DNA of 64,000 nucleotides. Source: Candidatus Syntropharchaeum butanivorans (lineage in GTDB: Archaea > Halobacteriota > Syntropharchaeia > Syntropharchaeales > Syntropharchaeaceae). The stretch lies in contig LYOR01000001.1 in the NCBI GenBank assembly GCA_001766825.1, positions 30,945 through 94,944 on the forward strand, written 5' to 3'. Positions 41,126 to 50,083 of this stretch are shown here, in pieces. Position 1 is the stretch's first letter; each line of letters begins with the position of its first letter. Below the pieces are notes generated by a model. The model searched no databases and was not told the DNA's origin. It saw only the letters and a list, made by a program, of their open reading frames with translations. Both the position numbers and the translations under genes were made by a program.

Positions 41126-41974
41126 CTACTCCTCCTCTTTCTTACCAACTGCACACATGTTAGCGCATGCCACACACTTCGGGAACCATCCAAGTGCTTC
41201 ATCCCATTCAAGAAGCTCATCGAACTTGACGTACTTGCTCCTGTACTCATCAATCTTCTCCATCGCATCTTCAGCATTTGTCCAGTCATACGGGGGCTCA
41301 TCGAGTCCTGTCGCCTTTACTCCACCCATTATGCCCCAGAGACACCGGTTCCTATTGAAGTTGTACGGTGGATAGTTATCCTCACTGATCGCGGATGTCG
41401 GGCATGCCTCAAGCCCGGACTTATCATCTGTTGCGACCTTGTTGACGAGCTTCGGGCCGTCCGGCTCTAAGGGTGCGTTGGTGACGATACTTGCAAGCAG
41501 TATCCTCGGACCAAACTCAGGTGTGAGGAAGAGATTCTCTATACCCTCCTCTCCAAGGCCCGCCTGGGTTGCTATCGCCTTGTGGCATGGCTGATGCAGC
41601 TGGGCTCCACCCACCTGTTGCTTCCGATCAAACGGATAATTCACCTCGATCAGCTTCGCATCGTAGCCTTTCTCCTTGAGGAACCCTACGATCCTCTTCC
41701 CCATCAGGTTCACTTCCCGTTCCAGTGTGAGGTATGTTGGCCCAAAACCTGTCATGAATATATACGGATCTTCTTCCTCGTCAAGCTCCAGAACGCCTTC
41801 CGGGAAGGCTTTTGCGATCGATATAACAGATTTTGCATCACTGACGAAATCCGATGGAGCGAAGTCTTTCTGCTGGGGTGGATACGTCACAGACTCGGCG
41901 CTTGCCACGCCTATCTTATCCAACCCTATCGAAAGCCCATAATTGATCAGCTCTTGCTTCAGATCATCTGCCAA
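41126..41974 (-). CDS. QueG/reductive-dehalogenase-like corrinoid Fe-S protein
   Basis: G.D..GVA, AKSVI, HKAIA..AGLG..G.....TPEFGPR..L..IVT.APL, ACP..AI, C, CVAC...C. Confidence 0.8.
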   Translation of the reverse strand: MADDLKQELINYGLSIGLDKIGVASAESVTYPPQQKDFAPSDFVSDAKSVISIAKAFPEGVLELDEEEDPYIFMTGFGPTYLTLEREVNLMGKRIVGFLKEKGYDAKLIEVNYPFDRKQQVGGAQLHQPCHKAIATQAGLGEEGIENLFLTPEFGPRILLASIVTNAPLEPDGPKLVNKVATDDKSGLEACPTSAISEDNYPPYNFNRNRCLWGIMGGVKATGLDEPPYDWTNAEDAMEKIDEYRSKYVKFDELLEWDEALGWFPKCVACANMCAVGKKEEE

Positions 41975-42112
41975 TTAGATACCTCCTTCCTAACCTTTAG
42001 TGTATACCGCTAAACAGCATATAATACTTTCCATCTTGGCACACACCCAAGGTGGCACGTGGCACATCAAACTTCTCGCACATAGTATATATACATATTC
42101 TTTTATCATAGT

Positions 42113-43042
42113 GTGATGGACGTCAGGAGGTTTGAGGGTGGACTCCTCGGGCTTGCGGTAGGAGATGCACTCGGGATGCAGGTTGAAGGTTCAAGTGATC
42201 CCGGGTATATCCGGGACTACGGTGATGCAAGGCCTGACTCTGTAAATGCAGGACTTAAGGCAGGGCAGTACACAGATGACACAATTCAGATGCTCATATT
42301 GACTGAATCAATCCTTAAAAGTCATGGATTTAATATTGAGGTCTTTGTATCATCCCTCATTGAGTGGGGGAAGGAGATCATGGCTAATATAGAAAGGGCA
42401 CGGGGAATCGGTCCAACAAGCCTTGAGGCAATCACGAACCTTCTTGATGGGGTGGACTGGATGAGATCCGGTGGGTTTGGACCCACATGCGGATCCGCGA
42501 TGAGGGTTGCCCCGATCGGTCTCCTGTATCATCGCAACTTTGATCTCATAGCAGAGATTGCAGCATGTTCAAGTATACCCACACACAGAAGTCCCGAATC
42601 GATAGCCGGGGCTGTTTCAGTGGCTGTAGCGGTTGGAGGGGTCACCTCAGGGCTTGAGATAGAAACCTCGATCATAAAATCTGCGGATTATGCAGAGAAA
42701 CACTCAAAGATACTTGCAGAGAAAATCCGCCTTGCGGTATCACTCAAGAATGAGCCGCCTGCAGAGGCGTTCAGCAAGATCGGGAGATCTGTCCTTGCTG
42801 CTGAGGCTGTTCCTGCTGCAATGTATGCCGCACTTTCTGGGGAAAGTTTTGAGGATGCACTCCTGATTGCTGTCAATCATGGTGGAGATACAGACTCAAT
42901 CGGTGCTATGACCGGGGCGATAAAGGGCGCCTATCACACGATCGATGGCATCCCCCTCAAGTGGCTCATCAAGCTTGAGGACTGTGAGGAGATAAGATCA
43001 TCTGCAAAAAGGTTATATGCTCTATGTGAGAGTGTGTTCTGA
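42113..43042 (+). CDS. ADP-ribosylglycohydrolase (DraG family)
   Basis: GLAVGDALG, YTDDT, GSAMR, PTH, GGDTDS. Confidence 0.92.
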   Translation: MMDVRRFEGGLLGLAVGDALGMQVEGSSDPGYIRDYGDARPDSVNAGLKAGQYTDDTIQMLILTESILKSHGFNIEVFVSSLIEWGKEIMANIERARGIGPTSLEAITNLLDGVDWMRSGGFGPTCGSAMRVAPIGLLYHRNFDLIAEIAACSSIPTHRSPESIAGAVSVAVAVGGVTSGLEIETSIIKSADYAEKHSKILAEKIRLAVSLKNEPPAEAFSKIGRSVLAAEAVPAAMYAALSGESFEDALLIAVNHGGDTDSIGAMTGAIKGAYHTIDGIPLKWLIKLEDCEEIRSSAKRLYALCESVF

Positions 43043-43554
43043 TGGGAACATGGGAGGAGCACAGAGAGGGGGCCAGGAAGCAACTTGACATCTCGCTTGT
43101 TACAATCTCAACATCCAAGTATCTGGATCGCACAAAGAAGGATATATCCGGGGAGATCGCCCGCAATCTTCTTGAGAAGACCGGACATCGTGTTCTCTCG
43201 ACCACCATCATCCCTGATCGGAAGGACATGATAAGAAGGGAGCTACTCCGCCTCCTGATCTCAGATACAGATGTGATCATCACAAGCGGGGGAACAGGGC
43301 TCACTTCCGATGATATCACGATCGAGGCGATAACGCCCCTCTTCAAGAAGGAAATACCGGGATTTGGTGAGCTCTTCAGGAGGCTGAGCTATGATGAGAT
43401 CGGGGGAGCATCAATGTTAACCCGTGCAGCCGCCGGGGTGATTGAGGGTAAGCTTGTCATCTGTCTACCTGGCTCTCCTGATGCCGTGAGGCTTGCACTT
43501 GAGAAGATCCTCCTGCCAGAGCTCCCCCACCTCATGCGGCATATCTCAGAGTAG
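43042..43554 (+). CDS. moaB: molybdopterin adenylyltransferase MoaB/MogA
   Basis: DISG, SGGTG...DIT.EA, PGFGE.FR, LPGSP.AV. Confidence 0.9.
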   Translation: MGTWEEHREGARKQLDISLVTISTSKYLDRTKKDISGEIARNLLEKTGHRVLSTTIIPDRKDMIRRELLRLLISDTDVIITSGGTGLTSDDITIEAITPLFKKEIPGFGELFRRLSYDEIGGASMLTRAAAGVIEGKLVICLPGSPDAVRLALEKILLPELPHLMRHISE

Positions 43555-43602
43555 ATTTTGATCCAAAGCTTATTTAAGTAAGGCGTGAGTTGAGGTACAA
43601 CT

Positions 43603-44844
43603 ATGGGCAGATACACGAGGTACGTAAGTTTATGGCTCCTCTGCACCACGCTTATACTTGTATCTATCAACCCTGCAGGTGGCGCCACGACCACTGAGCC
43701 CACCGTGATGGTCACAAACTACACGATTGATCCTGCTATTTTCATCCCAGGTGATAGAGGGACACTGACTGTCACAATCACAAACCGGGAAGCCTCATCA
43801 TCCCAGACGTTGACCACGACAAGCACAACCTCCACCACGACAACATCCACGACCTCAACCTCAGAGATCAAGACGAGGATCGAGGATGTCCGGCTCTATA
43901 CCTATAGCAGAGGTATCGGGTCGGTCAGAGAGGACATGAAGCGGGTTGTCTATGATAAGCCCGGGGCACTTGCACCTGGTGAGAGCATCACGCTGACCTT
44001 CCCGCTTGAGGTGGATGTTGAGGATGGGAGGTACCTGCTGGAGGTGAGGATCGCGATCGAGGACGGGATCAACGTCCGCTACCCCATCCTGATCACGGTC
44101 GATAGCTCAGCGGTTGAGCCTATCCTGATCGATATTCCCGATGAGATCTCGCTCAAGGGATCACGGGTGATCCAGCTTGCGGTTGCAAATACAAGGGCAA
44201 ACCGTGTCAAGGGTGTCAGGATCACACCACACGCTGAGAACTTTGAGTTTACACCTGAGAGCATCTTTATCGGGGAGATGAAATCAAACGAAAAGAGGAG
44301 GGTTAACTTCACACTCACACCGCTGAGACCAGGGTCATCTACGATCACGTTCAACGTCGAGTACAGGAACGGGGATAACCTCCATACCGTCTCACTCACC
44401 CGGGAGGTTGACGTGGTTGATCGCGACGATCTCAGGGTCATACTCGTCTCATGCCCTGGGGTGATACCAAGGGGTGGGAGCGGGAAGATAGAGCTTGATG
44501 TTGCAAACGGCAGATCGAACGATCTATCAAGCGTGCGCGTTATCCCGATACACGACGAGGCGTTCAGGATTTACCCGAGTGAGGTCTTCATCGGCGATAT
44601 GGAGCAGGACGATATATTCACCGCGGAGTTTGAGATCCATCCAACCACAGCCGCATCAGGTCTTGAGAATATATCATTCAAGGCGGTCTTCAGGGATATG
44701 GGTAACGATAAGCTATATGAGACAAATCCTCTTGTTGCCAGGATCAGAATCGAGGAGAATGGTGAGGATACACCTGGCTTTAGCATCATCTCCATTCTGG
44801 TTGCGCTTTTCATTGCAGGATTCATTATATTCCGGAAGAGGTGA
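43603..44844 (+). CDS. COG1361-like S-layer/Ig-fold surface protein with PGF-CTERM anchor
   Basis: Signal peptide, Thr-rich linker, repeated Ig-like domains, TPGF + TM + RKR. Confidence 0.85.
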   Translation: MGRYTRYVSLWLLCTTLILVSINPAGGATTTEPTVMVTNYTIDPAIFIPGDRGTLTVTITNREASSSQTLTTTSTTSTTTTSTTSTSEIKTRIEDVRLYTYSRGIGSVREDMKRVVYDKPGALAPGESITLTFPLEVDVEDGRYLLEVRIAIEDGINVRYPILITVDSSAVEPILIDIPDEISLKGSRVIQLAVANTRANRVKGVRITPHAENFEFTPESIFIGEMKSNEKRRVNFTLTPLRPGSSTITFNVEYRNGDNLHTVSLTREVDVVDRDDLRVILVSCPGVIPRGGSGKIELDVANGRSNDLSSVRVIPIHDEAFRIYPSEVFIGDMEQDDIFTAEFEIHPTTAASGLENISFKAVFRDMGNDKLYETNPLVARIRIEENGEDTPGFSIISILVALFIAGFIIFRKR

Positions 44845-45052
44845 GTACTGCCTTTAATGGTTTTGTCCAGTTGAAAACCCATCAACCATAAATGGGTAAC
44901 GAAGCCCTACCTGTGATGGGTATTTCAGATTGAAGCAGGAGGGGATCGAGGAGAGGATAAATGCAAAAGGTGCCAGATGCTTCGGTGGGGAGGAAAGAGC
45001 ATTCGTTTGTGTTCAGGTAACTTTTATCAACCTCTGAATATAATAAAGATGT

Positions 45053-45340
45053 ATGCCAGATCAAATCTCACCCCCAGATCCTGGATACGAAGGTTCAAGG
45101 TTTCTTGCATGGCTATCAAAGCATGGAGGCATTCAGAATTTAAAAAGCTGTAAAAGCAAATGTGAACAGCTCGGGTTAAATATTGACACAATCCTCAGAG
45201 AATGGGGCACAGAGCGTATAAGGATCAATTTAAGCAGGGGAGAAAAAGTGGTTGTTTTAGTAGATAAGGTGTGGGCAGGTCAGTGGACAAGATATTATGA
45301 CACTTTTATTCCCCACCACAGACACTGGAAAAGAATATAA
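45053..45340 (+). CDS. hypothetical protein (95 aa)
   Basis: ORF in an AT-richer tract, TATA-like TTTTATC upstream. Confidence 0.6.
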   Translation: MPDQISPPDPGYEGSRFLAWLSKHGGIQNLKSCKSKCEQLGLNIDTILREWGTERIRINLSRGEKVVVLVDKVWAGQWTRYYDTFIPHHRHWKRI

Positions 45341-45400
45341 TTTTTCAGTTACCGAAAAGATTTAATACAGTTATGAAACATATCTACATATCTAATATAT

Positions 45401-45922
45401 ATGGTGATTATGATGAGTGAAGAGACTCCCCGGCTCCCAGAGGAACTGGAAAGGTATGTGGATAAGCCATACGGCGGCATCTTTGGGGACTCTGTAAGGA
45501 TAAGAATCATCGAGGAGATTGTAGCAGATCCTTACCGCGACTACCGCCCGAAAGACTTTGAAAAAATGTTTGGGGCTTCACCACCTACCATCAGAAGAGT
45601 TCTCAATGACCTTACGGCGCTTGGCTTACTTATAAAGGATTCACGCGATGTACAGCACCCGGTTTATCGCCCGAACCTGCGATCAAAGAAGATTATTGCA
45701 CTGACGTTTCTGGCTTATGCAGTAGTAGATGATAGAGACCACACGAAACTCATGGATGAAGCTATCTGGGATTACTACTCTAAAGTACTGAAAGAGGAAT
45801 TTGAACCTCTTGCAATTGCCACTACCCTGAGTTACGAAAATACAGGCAGAACCTGGAGAGGTTTTAGTGATATTAAGAGTATCACCGAAGAAAGCTGTAT
45901 CCTTGCAGTAGCGGAGGCCTGA
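45401..45922 (+). CDS. winged-helix DNA-binding protein
   Basis: IFGDS.R.RII, ASPPTIRRVLNDL...GLL wHTH pattern. Confidence 0.7.
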   Translation: MVIMMSEETPRLPEELERYVDKPYGGIFGDSVRIRIIEEIVADPYRDYRPKDFEKMFGASPPTIRRVLNDLTALGLLIKDSRDVQHPVYRPNLRSKKIIALTFLAYAVVDDRDHTKLMDEAIWDYYSKVLKEEFEPLAIATTLSYENTGRTWRGFSDIKSITEESCILAVAEA

Positions 45923-45926
45923 GCTG

Positions 45927-46259
45927 ATGGAACATGAGGAAGGTGAGGAACGTACTCCTGAGAAAGGGCACATACGGGTCGCAATTGATCTCAGGAGTTT
46001 GTATGAATTCGATCCAGAGGATGTGTCAGTAGATATCTCTGTTGTACGTTACTCTAACCTCGCATATATCCAGGTTTCACATCGAGATGTTCATATCGAT
46101 TTTCTGGAGATGCCTGGCATCAAAAAAGACGGTAAAACTCGCATCAATGGAACACGGATTTATATGTCCCATGCGGCGGCTCAGAAGCTTGCCAGGGAGT
46201 TAAACGAGGTTTTAGAACGGGTTCATTCCAGCGGTGGGATGGAGAAATACCAGGGCTAA
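45927..46259 (+). CDS. DUF3467-like protein
   Basis: YSN...I......V.IDF...P...RIYMS...AQKL...L pattern. Confidence 0.6.
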   Translation: MEHEEGEERTPEKGHIRVAIDLRSLYEFDPEDVSVDISVVRYSNLAYIQVSHRDVHIDFLEMPGIKKDGKTRINGTRIYMSHAAAQKLARELNEVLERVHSSGGMEKYQG

Positions 46260-46422
46260 AACCTTTTTCTATCACAAAATGTCAATCCTCGTAAGTTTCA
46301 ATTTGTTTGTGTTTAGGTAGTATGTAGGTAAGTAGGTAGGTAATATTGTTGAATTAAGAATATTTTGACATAAAGCTTATATACCGTAAAATCAATGTTG
46401 GGGATAATGGAGGTGAGAATAT

Positions 46423-46614
46423 TTGACTGAAGAGCGTGCCATTGTCAGTGTTATTGTTATTGTGGGGATTCTATTATTATTTGCATACACTCTTTTTCAA
46501 CTGAGCAAGTATGCAGATATGATGGCCGGGGCCTTTAAGAGTGTTGCACTCCTCGGCGTGGTTGCAGTAGTAGCCATAGCTGCGGGTATTGCACTAAAAA
46601 GGATGGTTAGTTAA
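46423..46614 (+). CDS. small two-TM membrane protein
   Basis: GGAGGTGA RBS, TTG start, two hydrophobic helices. Confidence 0.65.
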   Translation: MTEERAIVSVIVIVGILLLFAYTLFQLSKYADMMAGAFKSVALLGVVAVVAIAAGIALKRMVS

Positions 46615-46939
46615 GTCACTCGGAGAAGAGGTAAAAAAAGGTTAACGCAGAGATGGCTGTGGTAGTAGTTCCACCAAACCACTTTATCACCGAACCTCAC
46701 TCCCGGCAACCCCCTCAAACGGCCTCTGCAGATCCAATCCCCTCATCCATCTTGCTTACAGGCTCGATGAGCTCCTGTTTACTCATCTGGCATAGCATCT
46801 GGTGATGAAGTAGCGTATCGCGGCTTTGTTTTATCTGAGATGGGGGATTGATCAGGTAACTTCCCTGCGTTTTCTACCCCACGCTTGAACTCGTGGACAT
46901 GGATGAATAAAAAGAAGAGGGCTTTAAACCTGGTGATCT

Positions 46940-46952
46940 AAGCCGCTGGTGG
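46940..46952. repeat. att site (distal copy of tRNA-Thr 3' end)
   Basis: AAGCCGCTGGTGG identical to 58380-58392; followed on the minus strand by T-rich CTCTTCTTTTT, like an original tRNA terminator. Confidence 0.85.
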
Positions 46953-47049
46953 ACATGTTAAAACCACACCATAAGCTTGCCACTACCCCGTTATTTTCCA
47001 TCAATAAAAAGGTTGTGGTTTAATACCGATAATCCATAAGGATATAATC

Positions 47050-47205
47050 ATGGAAGGCTTAAAAAGATATCGGGTGCATGAGGTCAAGGGATCACTCAAG
47101 GTATCGCTGCCACGTGTGCTTGCTCAGGCTGTGGGTATCAGGAAGGGGGATGAGGTTGTGTGGGTCATCACGAAGGAAGGTTTGACCCTAAAGAAGATTT
47201 CTTGA
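47050..47205 (+). CDS. AbrB/MazE/SpoVT-family DNA-binding protein (51 aa, not in ORF track)
   Basis: MEGLKRYRVHEVKGSLKVSLPRVLAQAVGIRKGDEVVWVITKEGLTLKKIS. Confidence 0.8.
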   Translation: MEGLKRYRVHEVKGSLKVSLPRVLAQAVGIRKGDEVVWVITKEGLTLKKIS

Positions 47206-47645
47206 GTTAAATCCTGTCCTCTTCCATCCAATAAAGGACATACTCCACATAACCCCATACTCATCCGGTGCTTTCTTGGACAGGGTTGACCTGTCCACAC
47301 ATCAAAGAGGACAAAGGGGTTACCTGCCTTTGCCTTCTCCCACTCCTTCTTTATCTCTGGATCCTGCTTTGCTACCTCAAGGATCTTCTTAGCCTTCTTC
47401 ACAGTCTTATCTGAGATGAGTAAGCCCTGGTCTCTGGCTTTTTTGACTGCTAACTCAATGGATCTTCCTTTGTCTTCGGTGGGGGGTTCTTGACCCACCA
47501 CCGAACTTTTGAAGAGAGGTTTACCATTTTTATCTTTACCTGCTAATTGAGTAGCCTCTTGCCTCCTCCTTGCTCTCTCCTCCTCAATCTCTGCAAGCTT
47601 AAGGACAACTTCGGCTTTCTGTGCTGTGGTGAGGTGTCTTCTCAT
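47124..47645 (-). pseudogene. ParB-like HTH fragment (N-terminal ParB domain missing)
   Basis: Begins at RRHLTTAQKA, a motif normally internal in mobile ParB-like proteins; 3' part runs antisense over the AbrB gene. Confidence 0.55.
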
Positions 47646-47943
47646 AATGCCTCAAAAATGGCATATTTTTCACACCTCAGGTATCATAATACCCCCTCCC
47701 CTTCGAGATGCTCGAAAAACCCCTATTTTGAGGCTGTGGGTGGAGCAAAAAAAGTTGTCAAGGAGGTAACCGAGAGGCAAGCTTATCATTGCTCCACCCA
47801 CGATGGCACACAGCTCCCTTATTCCGGGCGGTTGCCCCGCAGCACAGGCTGCCACACCAGTGGTATTCAACCGCTGTTCATGGCGCTTGTTCTTACGCGG
47901 CATGGATGCCAACCCTCACGCCCACCAATGGATTAAGTGTGAT

Positions 47944-48288
47944 TCACACTGATTCGCCGCCGCCACCGAGGCCCCTGATGCTATAGATGATGATGCCTGC
48001 CATCAATGCAATCACCACGATGAGCATCATAGCCCACCCAGTGTTCATGACAGAAACGACCTTCTGTGAGGCTGTGTAAAACTCGCTGCTCTGGTCAATT
48101 GAAGCGATGTCATACACCTGATCGGCGACATAAACAGAGATCGCGCCGATGATCACGATGGTGAAGAGAACCATGCCAATCGTTGATACACTATCAACCT
48201 GCGCGCAGTGATCCTGCATGAACCTTCTTGCCTCAGCCTTTGCCGCTTCCATGATAAGCCTGCACCTGTCAACTACATGACCAAGCAT
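47944..48288 (-). CDS. two-helix hydrophobic protein, putative spindle-virus-type major capsid protein (alternatively pilin-like)
   Basis: Charged leader ending DHCAQ, two long hydrophobic helices around a polar loop, Gly-rich tail; own TATA and perfect RBS. Confidence 0.6.
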   Translation of the reverse strand: MLGHVVDRCRLIMEAAKAEARRFMQDHCAQVDSVSTIGMVLFTIVIIGAISVYVADQVYDIASIDQSSEFYTASQKVVSVMNTGWAMMLIVVIALMAGIIIYSIRGLGGGGESV

Positions 48289-48295
48289 ATCTGTT

Positions 48296-48339
48296 TCACC
48301 TCCATTAACACGATTAAATATTATCCATTACTATTTAAA
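48296..48339 (-). promoter_or_regulatory. TATA box (TTTAAATA, 48339-48332) and GGAGGTGA RBS (48303-48296) of the capsid-like gene
   Basis: Consensus archaeal TATA and SD read on the minus strand. Confidence 0.65.
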
Positions 48340-48373
48340 CCTACTCCTCTCTCGAATCAACTTCACACACAAT

Positions 48374-50083
48374 TTATCTACGATTTTTTGTTCTTTTTCT
48401 TCTTCCCGACTTCACACCGAGCATCTCCAATGGTGTGGCAACCGGGGCCACTTCCCCGAACCCGAATGCCCCGAGGTATGTGGATATATCCTTCTTTTTC
48501 TGCTTCCTGGGCTTCCGCTTTTTCGTTGGTGGCCTCCCCGGTGGTTTTTGACGTGGGGTGAACGTGACTGGCTCAATCCTCATATCCGGAAGATACAAAA
48601 CACGCGGGCGTGATGTCACCGCCTGCCTGACCTGCCTGAAAACATCAGCAAGCGGCTTGCTTTGCGCTTTGGTTTTGCTTGATGTCTGGGTTTTTGTTTC
48701 TACTGTGGGGGTAGATACAACCTCGATGATGGATTGAGTTTTTCCCTCCCCCTGTGGGGTTTCCTGTCCTGTAGTTTCCTGCCCTGTAGTTTTTCTTGTG
48801 AATGATGGTACAGGTATTGTTGGTGTCTTGCCTGATGCGCGTGCTTTGAAGCGGGGTGTGCCTGCAGCGCCAAGCATACCCATAAATGTTTCAATACCGC
48901 CACGAGCCGGTATGCGTGGCTTGGGCTTTGACTCGATGACCATCTTTTTAGCCCTGGGTCGTTTTATATCTTCAACAACAGACTTTGCAGCCTTATTCAC
49001 ATCTTGCCCAACTCTCTCAAAAATATCCCTGAGTCTGGCTTCTCTGATCATCGATTCAAGCCCACGATCAAGCTCAAGTGTCTTGACCCTCCTTGTGGCT
49101 GTTCGTGTTTCTGTTCGTGTCTCTGTTCGTGATTTAAATGCAGTGGCCGGCTTCCGTGTCCTTCTGTATGCAGATTTACCAAACCTATTCATCCACCTCT
49201 CCTGTGGGGTCTCCCGCCCTGTGGTCTTTTTCGGGCGTTCGTGTACAGATTTACCAAGCTTATCTGCCCATTTCTTAAACTCAGAAGGCTTTGGCTCAAA
49301 CCCAAACAGCTTTTTCAAATCCGGTGTGAGCTCAACAAAGTAATCCCCGGGTATTGCCTTACCACCCCATCCAATCTCAGGACGCCTCACCCCGCCTATC
49401 TTCTCTCTGAACCGTGGGAGATAGGGTTTCTCAGTAAACACACTATATCGGGGCTTTGCACCAAAGTATATGCCCTGGCGTGGTTTATGTCCGACTCTAA
49501 GCTTTCTGTATCCATATCTCACAGCATGAATCTGGGGTCTCTCGAACCTGGCTTCCTCATAAAATGGCTTGACCAGCTCAAAACCCCACGCTGGCTTCGT
49601 CTTTGGTGTGAAAGGCTGTACAGTACCACCCTTACCCTTTGGTGTGTCACTTATCCCTATTAGGGAGCCTTTTCTTGCACCAGTACCACGTGGCTCAAAT
49701 TGTTTGAAGGTTTCTTTTCCAAGGAAATACCCCTTCACATCTGCGAGTTGTGACATGTATTTCTCATAAGCGGCGATATTCCCAAGTGATACTTCCTTCT
49801 TCGTGGTTTCTCCAATCCTGTATATGTCACCGGAGACCTTCGTGGTTTTAGTTGACACCTTAACACTTTTTACCACAGGTTTTGTGCCAAACACAAGGGC
49901 TTTGTAATCCACTTTAACCGGTTGCCCTTCCTCCATGATTCTCGAAAACTCGGTTTTTCCAACCAGCGGCTTGCTTTTCGATCCCCACCTGATACCCAGA
50001 CCTTCATATTCAGGTGTTGTGATTCTGACCGGCTTTGGTGCATGCTCAACAGCCTTTCCCCCTACCTTACCAAAAAACCACAT
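48374..50083 (-). CDS. very basic K/R/P/T-rich protein, C-terminal part of possible frameshift fusion
   Basis: 569-aa ORF overlapping the upstream ORF by 22 nt in the -1 frame. Confidence 0.75.
   Translation of the reverse strand: MWFFGKVGGKAVEHAPKPVRITTPEYEGLGIRWGSKSKPLVGKTEFSRIMEEGQPVKVDYKALVFGTKPVVKSVKVSTKTTKVSGDIYRIGETTKKEVSLGNIAAYEKYMSQLADVKGYFLGKETFKQFEPRGTGARKGSLIGISDTPKGKGGTVQPFTPKTKPAWGFELVKPFYEEARFERPQIHAVRYGYRKLRVGHKPRQGIYFGAKPRYSVFTEKPYLPRFREKIGGVRRPEIGWGGKAIPGDYFVELTPDLKKLFGFEPKPSEFKKWADKLGKSVHERPKKTTGRETPQERWMNRFGKSAYRRTRKPATAFKSRTETRTETRTATRRVKTLELDRGLESMIREARLRDIFERVGQDVNKAAKSVVEDIKRPRAKKMVIESKPKPRIPARGGIETFMGMLGAAGTPRFKARASGKTPTIPVPSFTRKTTGQETTGQETPQGEGKTQSIIEVVSTPTVETKTQTSSKTKAQSKPLADVFRQVRQAVTSRPRVLYLPDMRIEPVTFTPRQKPPGRPPTKKRKPRKQKKKDISTYLGAFGFGEVAPVATPLEMLGVKSGRRKRTKNRR

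Noticed and set aside
43810-43862. ACCACG-like tandem repeats
   Set aside because: Simply encode the Thr/Ser-rich linker of a surface protein
46640-46930. Possible gene fragment next to att
   Set aside because: Short interrupted frames with no recognisable motif
44845-46939. Extending the mobile element left to 44845
   Set aside because: No further att copy found; the boundary is supported at 46940
47670-47912. 80-aa minus-strand ORF (and opposing 129-aa and 65-aa ORFs)
   Set aside because: No protein-like features; the region is better explained by secondary structure
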